Origin: Eledone cirrhosa
Lineage: Eukaryota
Reading direction: 5' to 3'
DNA: 64,000 nt
NCBI GenBank assembly: GCA_964016885.1
Contig: OZ024741.1
Coordinates: forward strand, 297,600,001 to 297,664,000
The notes under the pieces were generated by a model. It worked only from the letters and a program-made list of their open reading frames with translations, was not told where the DNA came from and searched no databases. Position 1 is the stretch's first letter, and each line of letters opens with the position of its first letter. Below, one piece after another: positions 27,504 to 46,650 of the stretch. The position numbers and the translations under genes are program-made.

Positions 27504-29693
27504 ATTGGAATAAATGCTCTGAAATAGCGATATATATGTGAATATAGACATAGAATATTCGAAAATATTCTGTATGTTTATAATAAACATTTTGAAGACC
27601 TAATCGCTATAGAATAGAATACGTCACGTATTACAATTAGATTCTCGATAAAAGCAAGGGAAGTAATCTACGCGTTTCATTCTTGTTAGAAATCTTCAGG
27701 ACTACATATCCAGTGCTTTTATCGAGAATGACACAGCTAGAGACTTATAGAATACTTAGCTGTGTACAGGAACTGGTTTGAAAGAGCGGTTGCCGGTCCG
27801 GCAGAAATTAGAAATTGGAATAAATGCTCTGAAATAGCGATATATATGTGAATATAGACATAGAATATTCGAAAATATTCTGTATGTTTATAATAAACAT
27901 TTTGAAGACCTAATCGCTATAGAATAGAATACGTCACGTATTACAATTAGATTCTCGATAAAAGCAAGGGAAGTAATCTACGCGTTTCATTCTTGTTAGA
28001 AATCTTCAGGACTACATATCCAGTGCTTTTATCGAGAATGACACAGCTAGAGACTTATAGAATACTTAGCTGTGTACAGGAACTGGTTTGAAAGAGCGGT
28101 TGCCGGTCCGGCAGAAATTAGAAATTGGAATAAATGCTCTGAAATAGCGATATATATGTGAATATAGACATAGAATATTCGAAAATATTCTGTATGTTTA
28201 TAATAAACATTTTGAAGACCTAATCGCTATAGAATAGAATACGTCACGTATTACAATTAGATTCTCGATAAAAGCAAGGGAAGTAATCTACGCGTTTCAT
28301 TCTTGTTAGAAATCTTCAGGACTACATATCCAGTGCTTTTATCGAGAATGACACAGCTAGAGACTTATAGAATACTTAGCTGTGTACAGGAACTGGTTTG
28401 AAAGAGCGGTTGCCGGTCCGGCAGAAATTAGAAATTGGAATAAATGCTCTGAAATAGCGATATATATGTGAATATAGACATAGAATATTCGAAAATATTC
28501 TGTATGTTTATAATAAACATTTTGAAGACCTAATCGCTATAGAATAGAATACGTCACGTATTACAATTAGATTCTCGATAAAAGCAAGGGAAGTAATCTA
28601 CGCGTTTCATTCTTGTTAGAAATCTTCAGGACTACATATCCAGTGCTTTTATCGAGAATGACACAGCTAGAGACTTATAGAATACTTAGCTGTGTACAGG
28701 AACTGGTTTGAAAGAGCGGTTGCCGGTCCGGCAGAAATTAGAAATTGGAATAAATGCTCTGAAATAGCGATATATATGTGAATATAGACATAGAATATTC
28801 GAAAATATTCTGTATGTTTATAATAAACATTTTGAAGACCTAATCGCTATAGAATAGAATACGTCACGTATTACAATTAGATTCTCGATAAAAGCAAGGG
28901 AAGTAATCTACGCGTTTCATTCTTGTTAGAAATCTTCAGGACTACATATCCAGTGCTTTTATCGAGAATGACACAGCTAGAGACTTATAGAATACTTAGC
29001 TGTGTACAGGAACTGGTTTGAAAGAGCGGTTGCCGGTCCGGCAGAAATTAGAAATTGGAATAAATGCTCTGAAATAGCGATATATATGTGAATATAGACA
29101 TAGAATATTCGAAAATATTCTGTATGTTTATAATAAACATTTTGAAGACCTAATCGCTATAGAATAGAATACGTCACGTATTACAATTAGATTCTCGATA
29201 AAAGCAAGGGAAGTAATCTACGCGTTTCATTCTTGTTAGAAATCTTCAGGACTACATATCCAGTGCTTTTATCGAGAATGACACAGTAGAGACTTATAGA
29301 ATACTTAGCTGTGTACAGGAACTGGTTTGAAAGAGCGGTTGCCGGTCCGGCAGAAATTAGAAATTGGAATAAATGCTCTGAAATAGCGATATATATGTGA
29401 ATATAGACATAGAATATTCGAAAATATTCTGTATGTTTATAACCGCTCTTCCAAACCAGTTCCTGTACACAGCTAAGTATTCTATAAGTCTCTAGCTGTG
29501 TCATTCTCGATAAAAGCACTGGATATGTAGTCCTGAAGATTTCTAACAAGAATGAAACGCGTAGATTACTTCCCTTGCTTTTATCGAGAATCTAATTGTA
29601 ATACGTGACGTATTCTATTCTATAGCGATTAGGTCTTCAAAATGTTTATTATAAACATACAGAATATTTTCGAATATTCTATGTCTATATTCA
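27504..29693 (-). repeat. Second 310-bp HHR array (about 6.2 units, HHRs from 27663 every 310 bp) ending in an inverted copy 29441-29693 (HHR 29527-29569 +)
   Basis: Same unit as the 17236 array with two fixed differences (CTGAAGA core, AACA loop). Inversion junction at 29441. Confidence 0.92.
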
Positions 29694-29750
29694 TATATAT
29701 ATATATATATATATATAGTTAAAAGAATAGAGGTGTAACACACAAGTTAT

Positions 29751-30376
29751 TATATATTGGTAAACGGAATAGAAAATGCTGACAAATTGTTCACAGTTGA
29801 AAAATGGTTTAATTAGGAATAAAAGAGTATTAGTGATTGTGTGGGTTAGTATTCAGTTGTGGTTTTAAGTTTTTAAGTTTTTACCGGTTGCGCATTTCTA
29901 AATGCTTTTCAAAAATAATTTTGAGATAGAGTGTCCGTGTTGTTTGCTCTGATCTGATTAATTTTGGGAATTCGACCTGTTTTTATGGCTCCAGCGTTAC
30001 TTTGGTGTTGCAAAAATTCTTGTGGTCAAAACAATTTTGATTGGTCGGTAGAGGTCATGTGAATGTAAAAAATTGATTTTGCGCCAAGACTGTTTTTATG
30101 TTAAAAAAGTGGCTCCAGCGCTACTTGGTGTTTGCAAAAATTCTTTGCAAACACCAAGTAGCGCTGGAGTCAAAACTAATCAGATCAGAGCAAACAACAC
30201 GGACACTCTATCTCAAAATTATTTTTGAAAAGCATTTAGAAATGCGCAACCGGTAAAAACTTAAAAACTTAAAACCACAACTGAATACTAACCCATACAA
30301 TCACTAATACTCTTTTATTCCTAATTAAACCATTTTTCAACTGTGAACAATTTGTCAGCATTTTCTATTCCGTTTA

Positions 30377-30386
<10 letters not shown>
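29751..30386. repeat. Fold-back element (about 210-bp arms, nested inner palindrome 30112-30170)
   Basis: TATTGGTAAACGG...CCGTTTACCAATA, flanked by (TA)n. No complete HHR seen. Confidence 0.75.
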
Positions 30387-30443
<57 letters not shown>

Positions 30444-30502
30444 GTGAGGTTTTTTTTACAGAATGAAAAATAACCGAGGTGTCCTACACGAGTGAAAGTA
30501 TA

Positions 30503-30764
30503 AAGAAAAAAAGATGAAATCGAAAATGCAACTGGAGTCTTATTTTTTAAAAAAATATATATATTTATTTGGTTCCTTTACCGGTTTCGCAGTTCTTCTG
30601 CTTTTCAAAAGTAGAGTTGAGATGGAGGGTCTGTGGTTTTTCTCACATCTGTGAGAAAAACCACAGACCCTCCATCATGCAAAACCGGTAAAGGAACCAA
30701 ATAAATATATATATTTTAAAAAAAAATAAGACTCCAGTTGCATTTTCGATTTCATCTTTTTTTC
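30503..30764. repeat. Fold-back element with 3' half hammerhead (GAAA-CCGG-TA)
   Basis: Inverted arms centred near 30649. The left arm on - reads GCGAAACCGGTAAAGG. Confidence 0.6.
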
Positions 30765-30817
30765 TATATATATATATATGTAGATAAATCATAATGGACA
30801 ATAAAAAGAGCTCAACT

Positions 30818-30931
30818 ATTATTTCTGAAGACAGCATATATATGTGTAGGTTTGTGAATTTTTTTACATAGATCTATATGATATACATACCAACACACAC
30901 ATATATATCCTAGAAACGATCGTAAAATGAT
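30818..30931 (+). ncRNA. Long-stem-II hammerhead, same family as 12625
   Basis: ATTATTT-CTGAAGA-[81 nt]-GAAA-CGATCG-TA-AAATGAT. Confidence 0.72.
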
Positions 30932-31058
30932 GAATTTTTTAATATAAGGAAATGTTTCTTTGTTTTTATTCATTATTTTTATTAATTTATATATATATAT
31001 ATATATTACCCTTACAAGGTTTTTCATATGAAATCGTGTCCCGAAACAAATATTGTTT

Positions 31059-31263
31059 TACTTGGGGAGGGTCATATTGTTGTAATAATATTGCCAGAAA
31101 TAATAACAGAACACACTCACTGTTTGGTTGGTTTTCGCTTCTGTATCTTTATATCTCCATAGTTAATTTTTATATATATATATTGGCCAAAACCAACCAA
31201 ACAGTGAGTGTGTTATGTTATTATTTCTGGCAATATTATTACAACAATATGACCCTCCCCAAG

Positions 31264-31265
<2 letters not shown>
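31059..31265. mobile_element. Short fold-back of a Naiad-like PLE terminus
   Basis: TACTTGGGGAGGGTCAT...ATGACCCTCCCCAAGTA, similar to the termini at 994 and 2245. Confidence 0.68.
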
Positions 31266-31314
<49 letters not shown>

Positions 31315-31327
31315 GTATATATATATG

Positions 31328-31358
<31 letters not shown>

Positions 31359-31371
31359 GTATATATATATG

Positions 31372-31402
<31 letters not shown>

Positions 31403-31411
31403 GTATATATA

Positions 31412-31442
<31 letters not shown>

Positions 31443-31443
31443 G

Positions 31444-31527
<84 letters not shown>

Positions 31528-31545
31528 TATATGTATATAATATAT

Positions 31546-31718
31546 ATCTATCTATCTATCTAAGGCGGATAAAATACCCGAGATCCATGGACGAGTTCTC
31601 TCCAGCGGTCTCTGTCCCTCATTATCGCTGCCATATCCTGCATCTCCAACAGACCAGTGTCTGTCCTTAGGGTATCAACATATGTTAACCTTGGTCTTCC
31701 TCTTCTAGTGTGTCCATG
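31546..31718 (-). mobile_element. 3' tip of RTE-clade LINE with (ATAG)n tail
   Basis: [22 protein letters not shown]...[11 protein letters not shown] followed by ATAG repeats. Confidence 0.72.
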
Positions 31719-31719
31719 T

Positions 31720-36994
<5,275 letters not shown>

Positions 36995-37200
36995 TATGTC
37001 TTCCAAAAGTATATATATATATATAGTATTAAGGACACTATTTATGGTTATGTATATACTAAAACCTTTTTTAGTTATATATATTTTAAACCCTAAATAG
37101 TGAAATATAGTAATTTATTACTATCTTATTACCAGTAATATAAATAGCTCAATGTAACAACATCAGTTGTTTTACAGAGCAGTTATATAGAAATTACATA

Positions 37201-37716
37201 AATCAAAGTTCTGTTTAAATCATTTATTTGCTTACAATTGTTTCTTCCAAACCGAGGTTTGGATTCTTCGGACCAATTATTCAGTGATTTTTACATACTT
37301 GACCTCCTTTTCAACACAAGAGACATATAGAAACATATGTATATATTGACCCACAGTGGGTTGACATCCATTATAATAATATAGCATGGTAATTTACATA
37401 CAAAGATTACAGTCATATTAAAGGACAAAATTAAAGTTAAAATTAAGATAAAACATTTTAATTTTAATTTTAATTTTAACTTTAATTTTGTCATTTAATA
37501 TGACTGTAATCTTTGTATGTAAATTACCATGCTATATTATTATAATGGATGTCAACCCACTGTGGGTCAATATATACATATGTTTCTATATGTCTCTTGT
37601 GTTGAAAAGGAGGTCAAGTATGTAAAAAATCACTGAATAATTGGTCCGAAGAATCCAAACTTCGGTTTGGAAGAAACAATTGTAAGCAAATAAATGATTT
37701 AAACAGAACTTTGATT
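37201..37716. mobile_element. About 250-bp-arm palindrome with hammerhead-like motif (37641-37689 +, mirror on -)
   Basis: TTGGT-CCGAAGA-aTCCAAAC-TTCG-GTTTGGAa-GAAA-CAATTG-TA-AGCAA. U4C core change and imperfect stem I. Confidence 0.68.
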
Positions 37717-37764
37717 CATGTAATTCCTATAATATCTCTCTCACCCTCTCTCTATATATATATC

Positions 37765-37906
<142 letters not shown>

Positions 37907-37978
37907 ATGTCTTCCAAAAGTAACGGTTGCACTTTGAAAGGGTACGTCAATGTTTATTTATAAAACTGGTATATATTG

Positions 37979-38043
37979 TATTTTGTCTGATGAAGGCATA
38001 CCATAATTTATCATGGTATCCTTGAAATATGTATAATAAAATA
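37979..38043 (+). ncRNA. Type I hammerhead motif
   Basis: TATTTTGT-CTGATGA-AGGcATACCA..TGGTATCCTt-GAAA-TATGTA-TA-ATAAAATA, within an element at about 37905-38170. Confidence 0.78.
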
Positions 38044-38170
38044 AATATGGTTTTATAAATATAGTTTCCATTTGTTAATATCGTATATTTACTTCAAATA
38101 CTTGTCGAGTGCTTTATATCAGTTATAAAAATATTTGCTTGTTGTATCCCAACAATTTAAATAGAACTTT

Positions 38171-38258
<88 letters not shown>

Positions 38259-38312
38259 GATATATATATATATATATATATGATATATATATATATATGA
38301 TATATATATATA

Positions 38313-38390
<78 letters not shown>

Positions 38391-38401
38391 ATATATATAT
38401 G

Positions 38402-38432
<31 letters not shown>

Positions 38433-38569
38433 ATATATATATATATATCATATATATATATATATATATATGATATATATATATATATATATATATATGA
38501 TATATATATATGATATATATATATATATATATGATATATATATATATATATATATGATATATATATATA

Positions 38570-38603
<34 letters not shown>

Positions 38604-38863
38604 TATATATATATATATATATATATCATATATATATATATAATATATATATATATGATATATATATATCATATATATATATATATATATATATCATATA
38701 TATATATATATATATCATATATATATATATCATATATATATATATATATATATATATCATATATATATATATAATATATATATATATGATATATATATAT
38801 CATATATATATATATATATATATATCATATATATATATATATATATCATATATATATATATAT

Positions 38864-38901
<38 letters not shown>

Positions 38902-38918
38902 ATATATATATATATATA

Positions 38919-38971
<53 letters not shown>

Positions 38972-39095
38972 ATATATATATATATATATGATATATATAT
39001 GATATATATATATATATGATATATATATATATATATATATGATATATATATATATATATATGATATATATATATATATGATATATATATATATAT

Positions 39096-39141
<46 letters not shown>

Positions 39142-39155
39142 ATATATATATATAT

Positions 39156-39190
<35 letters not shown>

Positions 39191-39448
39191 TATATATATA
39201 TATATATCATATATATATATATATATATCATATATATATATATATATGATATATTTATATATATATATATTATATATATATATATCATATATATATTATA
39301 TATATATATATCATATATATATCATATATATATATGATATATATATATATGATATATATATATATATATATATGATATATATATATATCATATATATATA
39401 TATATATATCATATGTATATATATATATATATATATATGATATATATA

Positions 39449-39498
<50 letters not shown>

Positions 39499-39535
39499 TA
39501 TATATATATATATATCATATATATATATATATATC

Positions 39536-39581
<46 letters not shown>

Positions 39582-39790
39582 TATATATATATATATATAT
39601 ATCATATGTATATATATATATATATATATATCATATATATATATATATATCATATATATATGGAAAGTTATATTTAAATTGTTGGGTTACAACGAGTAAA
39701 TATTTATAACTGATATAAAAGCACTCAACAAGTATTTGGAGTATATTTACGATATTAAATAAATGGAAATTATATTTATAAAACCATATT

Positions 39791-39856
39791 TATTTCATTA
39801 TATATATTTCAGGGATATCATATTAAAAATATGTTATGCCTTCTTCAGACAAAATA
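39791..39856 (-). ncRNA. Type I hammerhead motif (same family as 37979)
   Basis: TATTTTGT-CTGAAGA-...-GAAA-TATATA-TA-ATGAAATA, within an element at about 39662-39900. Confidence 0.75.
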
Positions 39857-40229
39857 CAATATAAACAGTCTTATAAATAGATAGATTCGACATACCTTTC
39901 AACTTCGACTTGCATTTGAAAAGTTGATTTGGTAGTAAAAATATTATGGACAGTTGTAAAAAGAAAGAAAGAAAGAAAGAAAGAAAAACGAAGAAAAAGA
40001 AGAAATGCATGCAACTAAATAGAGAGAGATAGAAAGATAGATAGAGAGAAGAAATTCATGTAAAGAAACAGAGAGAGATATATAGAGAGAGGAAAAAATA
40101 GAGGGAGATAGATAGAGAGAGAGAGAAGAGAGAGAGAGAGAGAAAATATAGAGAGATAGATATAGATAGAGATAGAGAGAAAGAAACTAGGTTGTTGAGC
40201 ACCAGTTGAATGACGTATCAATGATACAT

Positions 40230-40272
<43 letters not shown>

Positions 40273-41423
40273 GCTCTAGTATTAATGTAGAGAGAGATAT
40301 ATGTGGTTAGGAGAGAAAACAGCCGTTATATAGAGAGAAAAAAGAAAAATAACCAGACATAAACGAGGCAGATTTAAACACTATGTTTCATCAATGTAGA
40401 AATATTAGTTCGTATAAAACAGGCATTATAATGTAAATATCAGTATTCATGAATGAGACACGTATCTATAATGTGTGAAAAATAATGATCATATGTCTAG
40501 TTTAAAAATTCACATGTTTATATCAGAGTTGAGATAAAATAGAAGGTTATCCCATATTCAATACTATAAACATGTGAATTTACGTGATCAGCTCTGCAAA
40601 TTCCTATTTCACACGAAAACATTCTCATTGTGCTATAAAAATTCTAGTATACATATAAGTGTACATACACATATATATATATAGAGTCTATATTAATTTT
40701 AACAATACTATTCTTGTCTTTACTCTACATGATTATCGTTCAAGCAGAAATAGAGAACAGATATCAATATATTAATAAAAATATCAGAAACAATATATTA
40801 ATAAAAATATCAGAAACAAAAGATAAATAAACAGAAAACTAAAAAATATTAAAAATAAAAATATTAAAAATATTAAAAAATAAAACATAGTATGCCCCGC
40901 AAATCCACCACAGAGATCAGCCCTTCAAAGTTAATCGACAATATATTGCCAAGTTCATTATAAGCATCAGAATCAAAAGCAAACAAAACCAAAATTATTT
41001 ACCAAATCCTGTCTAGCAGAAAACATTTCAAAAGTTTAGGATACCCATTTGGTCTACAGATGTTCTTATATTTAATATAGAAGTTTATCTAGTGTAAAAT
41101 TTATTCGATATATTTGGAGCATCAGCTTTTAGGGTAGTTAATTATTCATGAAGAATGTTTAAAATAAAAAAGAAGAAATCGAAAGATTTATCGGCGAGTT
41201 TCATAAATAATTACAAATCAATCTTTCGATTTCTTCTTTTTTATTTATATCTATCTATCATATATATATGATATATATATATATATATATATCATATATA
41301 TATATCTGTCATATATATATATATATATATGATATATATATATATATATCATATATATATATCATATGTATATATATCATATCTATATATATATATCATA
41401 TATATATGATATACATATATATA

Positions 41424-41473
<50 letters not shown>

Positions 41474-41957
41474 TATATATATATATATATATAGATATCA
41501 TATATATATATCATATATATATATATATCATATATATATATCATATATATATATATCATATATATATATATATCATATATATATATATATCATATCTATA
41601 TATCATATATATATATATATCATATATATATATATATCATATATATATATCATATATATATATCATATATATATATGATATATATATATATAAATATACA
41701 TCATATATATATATATATCATATATATATATATCATATATATATATATGATATATATATATATTTATATATATATATATGTATATCATATATATATATAT
41801 GATATATATAGATATGATATATATACATATGATTATATATATATAAGATATATATAAATATAAGATATATATAAATATAAGATATATATATATATATATG
41901 ATATATACATATATATATATATATATAATTAGATATATATACATATACATATATATA

Positions 41958-42347
41958 ATTAGAAAATATATAGCTTTCACCGTATTTTTGACTAAAGGAA
42001 TTTTAGCCTGATATTGGGGTTTATCTGAGGGTTCTAAACCCCGTTATCAGGCTAAAATTCCTTTAGTCAAAAATACGGTGAAAGCTATATATTTTCTAAT
42101 TTCAAACTCGTTCACTGTTTCAAAACATACTTACTTGCCATTTAAACTCGCTAAGTATGTAGTTTCTAATTTGAATGGAAAGAGATGGGTGATGTGTTGG
42201 TGTAATGGTAGCACAGTGGTCGCGATAACCAAAGATGTGAGTTCGACTCCCATGTATGTCAATACTCATCTTTTTCCATTTATCTGAGGGTTCTAAACCC
42301 CATTATCAGGCTAAAATTCCTTTAGTCAAAAATACGGTGAAAGCTAT

Positions 42348-42359
<12 letters not shown>
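41958..42359 (+). mobile_element. 259-bp-period terminally redundant element with inverted 5' arm, containing a tRNA-like module
   Basis: 42021-42100 recurs at 42280-42359, and 41958-42013 is its inverted copy. Confidence 0.72.
42191..42261 (+). pseudogene. tRNA-like cloverleaf / Pol III promoter module
   Basis: A box TGGTGTAATGGTAGCAC, B box GAGTTCGACTCC, 71 nt, GU-rich acceptor stem, non-canonical anticodon loop CGCGATA, T5 run downstream. Confidence 0.6.
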
Positions 42360-42381
<22 letters not shown>

Positions 42382-42634
42382 GATATATATATATATATAT
42401 GATATAACGGAGGAAATGTGGTAAGGAACCAGGTGGACCATAACGCACCAAAGTACTCAATACTTAGGGTAGTAGAGTGGGTAATAGGAACTAGTAGGAC
42501 CCCGACGGCTGAGCTCAAGCCGTTTCGACGGCTAATTCTGGACTAAATTAGTCTAGAATTAGTCGTCGAAACGGCTTGAGCTCAGCCGTCAGGGTCCTAC
42601 TCGTTCCTATATATATGATATATATATATATATG

Positions 42635-42660
<26 letters not shown>

Positions 42661-42668
<8 letters not shown>

Positions 42669-42809
42669 CGTAAAATAAGAAAATTATAAAATTAACTTAC
42701 TTACTAAAATATCACTTCCAAATATTATTCCATTTCAGAAACTAATTAGTTGGAAGTGATATTTTAGTAAGTAAGTTAATTTTATAATTTTCTTATTTAC
42801 GTCTCTCAT
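42661..42809. repeat. Fold-back inverted repeat (about 60-bp arms)
   Basis: ATGAGAGACGTAAA...TTTACGTCTCTCAT. Confidence 0.75.
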
Positions 42810-43410
42810 ATTATTGTTCTGCAACCCCATGCATTGAACCACAAAGTTACTAAGACAAAACCTATATATTTGCTAGCATTGATATGCATCTGTATGTATA
42901 TATATGTTACTAGATATTAATTCTTTATATATATATATATATATGATATATATATATATATGATATATATATATATATATATGATATATATGATATATAT
43001 ATATATGTATATATATATGATATATATATATATATGATATATATATATATATGATATATATATATATATACGTATATATATATGTATATATATATGATAT
43101 ATATATATATTTATATATATATATTTATATATATATATATGATATATATATATATGATATATATATGATATATATATATATGATATATATATATATAATA
43201 TATATATGATATATATAATATATATATGATATATATATATATCATATATATATGATATATATATATATATATATGATATATATATATATATATGATATAT
43301 ATATATGATATATATAATATATATATGATATATATATATATCATATATATATATATATATATATGATATATATATATATCATATATATATATCATATATA
43401 TATATATATA

Positions 43411-43447
<37 letters not shown>

Positions 43448-44110
43448 GTGTAGAGGTTATATTTAAAAAATTTAAAAATCCAGGAGACTCCAATCGTGAA
43501 GGTTGCATCTTTCAGGGTATGTCAATATATATCATATATATATTATATATATATATCATATATATATATATCATATATATATATATCATATATATATATA
43601 TATGATATATATAATATATATATGATATATATATATATATCATATATATATATATATGATATATATATATGATATATATATATATATCATATATATATAT
43701 ATATATGATATATATATATCATATATATATATATATGATATATATATATATATATATGATATATATATATATATCATATATATATATATATATGATATAT
43801 ATATATATGATATATATATATGATATATATATATATATCATATATATATATATATATATGATATATATATATATGATATATATATATGATATATATATAT
43901 ATATCATATATATATATATATATATGATATATATATACATGATATATATATATGATATATATATATGATATATATATCTATATATATATATGTATAGAGG
44001 TTATATTTAATTTGTTGGGATACAACAAGCAAAATCCAGGAGACTCCAACCGTGAAGGTTGCATTTTTCAGGGTATGTCAATATTTATTTATAAAACTAA
44101 TCTATATTAT

Positions 44111-44174
44111 ATTTTATTTGATGAAAGCGCACCATAATCGGCCTTCGTGGCCCTAGAAATATGTATAATGAAAT
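44111..44174 (+). ncRNA. Degenerate hammerhead (37979 family, C3U)
   Basis: ATTTTAT-TTGATGA-...-GAAA-TATGTA-TA-ATGAAAT with decayed stem II. Confidence 0.45.
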
Positions 44175-44218
44175 AAATTATGGTTTTATAAATATAATTT
44201 CAATTTGTTAATATATTG

Positions 44219-44308
<90 letters not shown>

Positions 44309-44413
44309 ATATATATATATAATATAATATATTTGTACGTAGTTATGCTTGTTTGTGTGTGTACGAGTGCGGTATTAATTATGTATATAACATTGAAACA
44401 TTTCTTTTCATAG

Positions 44414-44538
44414 GTTCTATGGCTGGGATTGGTATTGGTATGTTACTAGTTGGTTCTTTGATTGGTTATTTTGTTACTAAATTTGCCGTGAAGAAGAAAA
44501 AAGAATCAGCGTTTAAAGGGGTGAAATTTGGAAATTAA
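44414..44538 (+). CDS. Terminal coding exon with transmembrane helix and basic cytoplasmic tail (GSMAGIGIGMLLVGSLIGYFVTKFAVKKKKESAFKGVKFGN*)
   Basis: TTTCTTTTCATAG acceptor. Phase-1 start joins the previous exon to give YSPGSMAGIGIGM. Hydrophobic run followed by KKKK stop-transfer, then TAA. Confidence 0.82.
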
Positions 44539-44593
44539 CTCAATCGTCTTAAAAACCGCGGAAAATTTACATTTCACCATGGAAAGATTTTAA

Positions 44594-44599
44594 AATAAA
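44594..44599 (+). promoter_or_regulatory. Candidate poly(A) signal of host gene
   Basis: AATAAA about 55 nt after the stop codon. Another occurs near 44895. The AT-rich background weakens the call. Confidence 0.35.
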
Positions 44600-45694
44600 G
44601 GGAGTGTATTTATTTAATTGAATTGCTTTGGCTTTTCTTTCTTTCTTTCTTGTTTCTTTTTTCTTTCTTTTTTTCTTCTTTCATTCAAATGTTACAAATT
44701 CATTGAAAATCAAATATAATGAAGTAACGAAAAAAAAAAAAAAAGATGGAAGAGGTAAAGAATGGCAGACCTGGCTATATAGGAAAGTAAAAGTAAGGAC
44801 TATAAATGTCATAAATGAGAAGAAAGGAGAGACAGAGCAATGACTATTAGGCCACGGAAGAAAGTTGTATATATTGAATAATTATTGTTATTCCAATAAA
44901 TCTATTATATAATTGTTTTACATTTGGCACAAGGCCAGCAATTACCCAGCAATTACTCAGTACATTACTGGTACTTTATTTTATCGACCCCGTAAGGATG
45001 AAAGGCAAAGTTAACCTCGGCGGGATTATATAATAGAACTTGTGACGTAGCTAGTTGGTGATCAGGAGCAGTGACTGCACACCTTGAACACATGTCATCA
45101 AAAAGTGTCTCCTTTTTAACAATTTTTAATTCAATAGATCCTTTCCTAGTCATCATCATTGTCGTTCTAACGTCCGCTTTCCCTGTCAGCAAGGGTTGGA
45201 CGGGTCCATATAGAACAAGTCAGTACTGAAGCGGAGCCACTGATCTCGCAGAGAGGTCAAGGATCTGTGTCCCGTTTAGTACGGTCGCTCCTTCCATCGA
45301 GTGTTCAGGAAAGGTTGTCATGCATTTGATACACCTAAGGTTCCTCTCAAACCTTTGCTCGGCCACATTTCTACGGCTTGATACCGTTCCTATCACCAAA
45401 CAATTTGTGCGATAAAATTTGTATCTCAGTTTTATTGGTAAATTAATTTTTACATTGGCATGAAACAAGTATCTGGATCAATTACTTTATTCGACCAGCA
45501 TTCCACCATTTTAAATTGCATACTCAGTTTCTTGTAAGGCGTTTGTAACAGCTGGGGTTTGGGAACCAAAACAAATCATAACGTTATAGCGTCTTTTCTG
45601 ATGCTTGGTGATTGTGTAGAGTTTAAGCATTTTCATGTCATAAGTCACCAAGCACCAGATGTATGTAAGTTTCAAACATAAACACACTACAACT

Positions 45695-46650
45695 CTTCTT
45701 TTCTTCGCCCACTTATTCTTGAGAGGGCCGTGAGAGCAGAGTCCTCAAACACTTCTTTCAGCGGGCCCTCTCAGAAGCAACAGTCTCCAACTGATCCGCC
45801 TGGATGCTTAAGCGAGACCAGCCAAGCTCAAGGATATTATTCAACCATCTTACTCTGATGTCTACCCCCGGGTCTCCTGCCGGTTGTTTTGGCCCGTAAA
45901 ATCTTTCCAGCGATTCTTTCCTGAGACATCCTAACTACATGTCCATAGTATCGGAGCTGTGATCTCTCAATTCGTAGAAGTAGCGGCTCTATTTGGAGTG
46001 ACTCCCTGATCTCCGAGCTATGCACTCTATCGAGTAACATTACTCCACAGACCCTTCGGAGGAACCCTATTTCGGCCGCTTGTATTCGTAATCGTATTCT
46101 TTCAGTCCTTACACTAGAATCATGACAATAGATAAAGGTTGCCACGAATACCGAATTGAAGAAAGCGAGTTTGTTTTTTACTTTTTCCTCCCTTCTTCTG
46201 ATTAAGGAATGCTGAAGCTGGTGCATTACTGCACTAGCTCCTGCAATTCTTGTACTTAATTCAACCTCCTGCCTTACTCGTAAACATAGCCCCGAGATAC
46301 TTGAGACGACAAGTGTTTCAGTTTTTGCTGCACTGATTTTCATTCCAGCCATGCAGCATTCGGCCTCAAACCTATCGAGTGCAAGTCGGCAATCACCTTC
46401 TGTCGAGTTAAGTAACACCATGTCTGCAAATTCCAGCCAACTGATTTTACACATGCCAGTCATGATACTACTTTCACCCCGGCTGTGCATGTCAATCCTG
46501 TTCATGAAAATAATGAACAGAAGATGTGACAGCACGCACCCTTGGCGGAGTCTGACTCCGTCAATGATTTCTTGTTTTGGTACAAAGAAAGCAAGTATTT
46601 TTTGGAGGTGGTGGAGTCGAACAAATTGACGACAGTACTTGAGTGGCACT
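45695..46650 (-). mobile_element. 5'-truncated RTE-clade LINE (RT C-terminal half)
   Basis: LRQGCVLSHLLF, FADM (degenerate FADD), RIQAAEIGFLRRV, QLRYYGHVVRM, GRRPGGR. Confidence 0.88.

Noticed and set aside
29751-30386. Hammerhead in this palindrome (GAAATGCGCAACCGGTA)
   Set aside because: No CTGANGA or matching stem I found on either strand.
40900-41160. Minus-strand NGYP-containing segment resembling a PLE thumb domain
   Set aside because: Too many stops and frameshifts to support.
42191-42261. Functional tRNA gene
   Set aside because: No U33, four GU pairs in the acceptor stem and mismatches in the anticodon and T stems. Kept only as tRNA-like.
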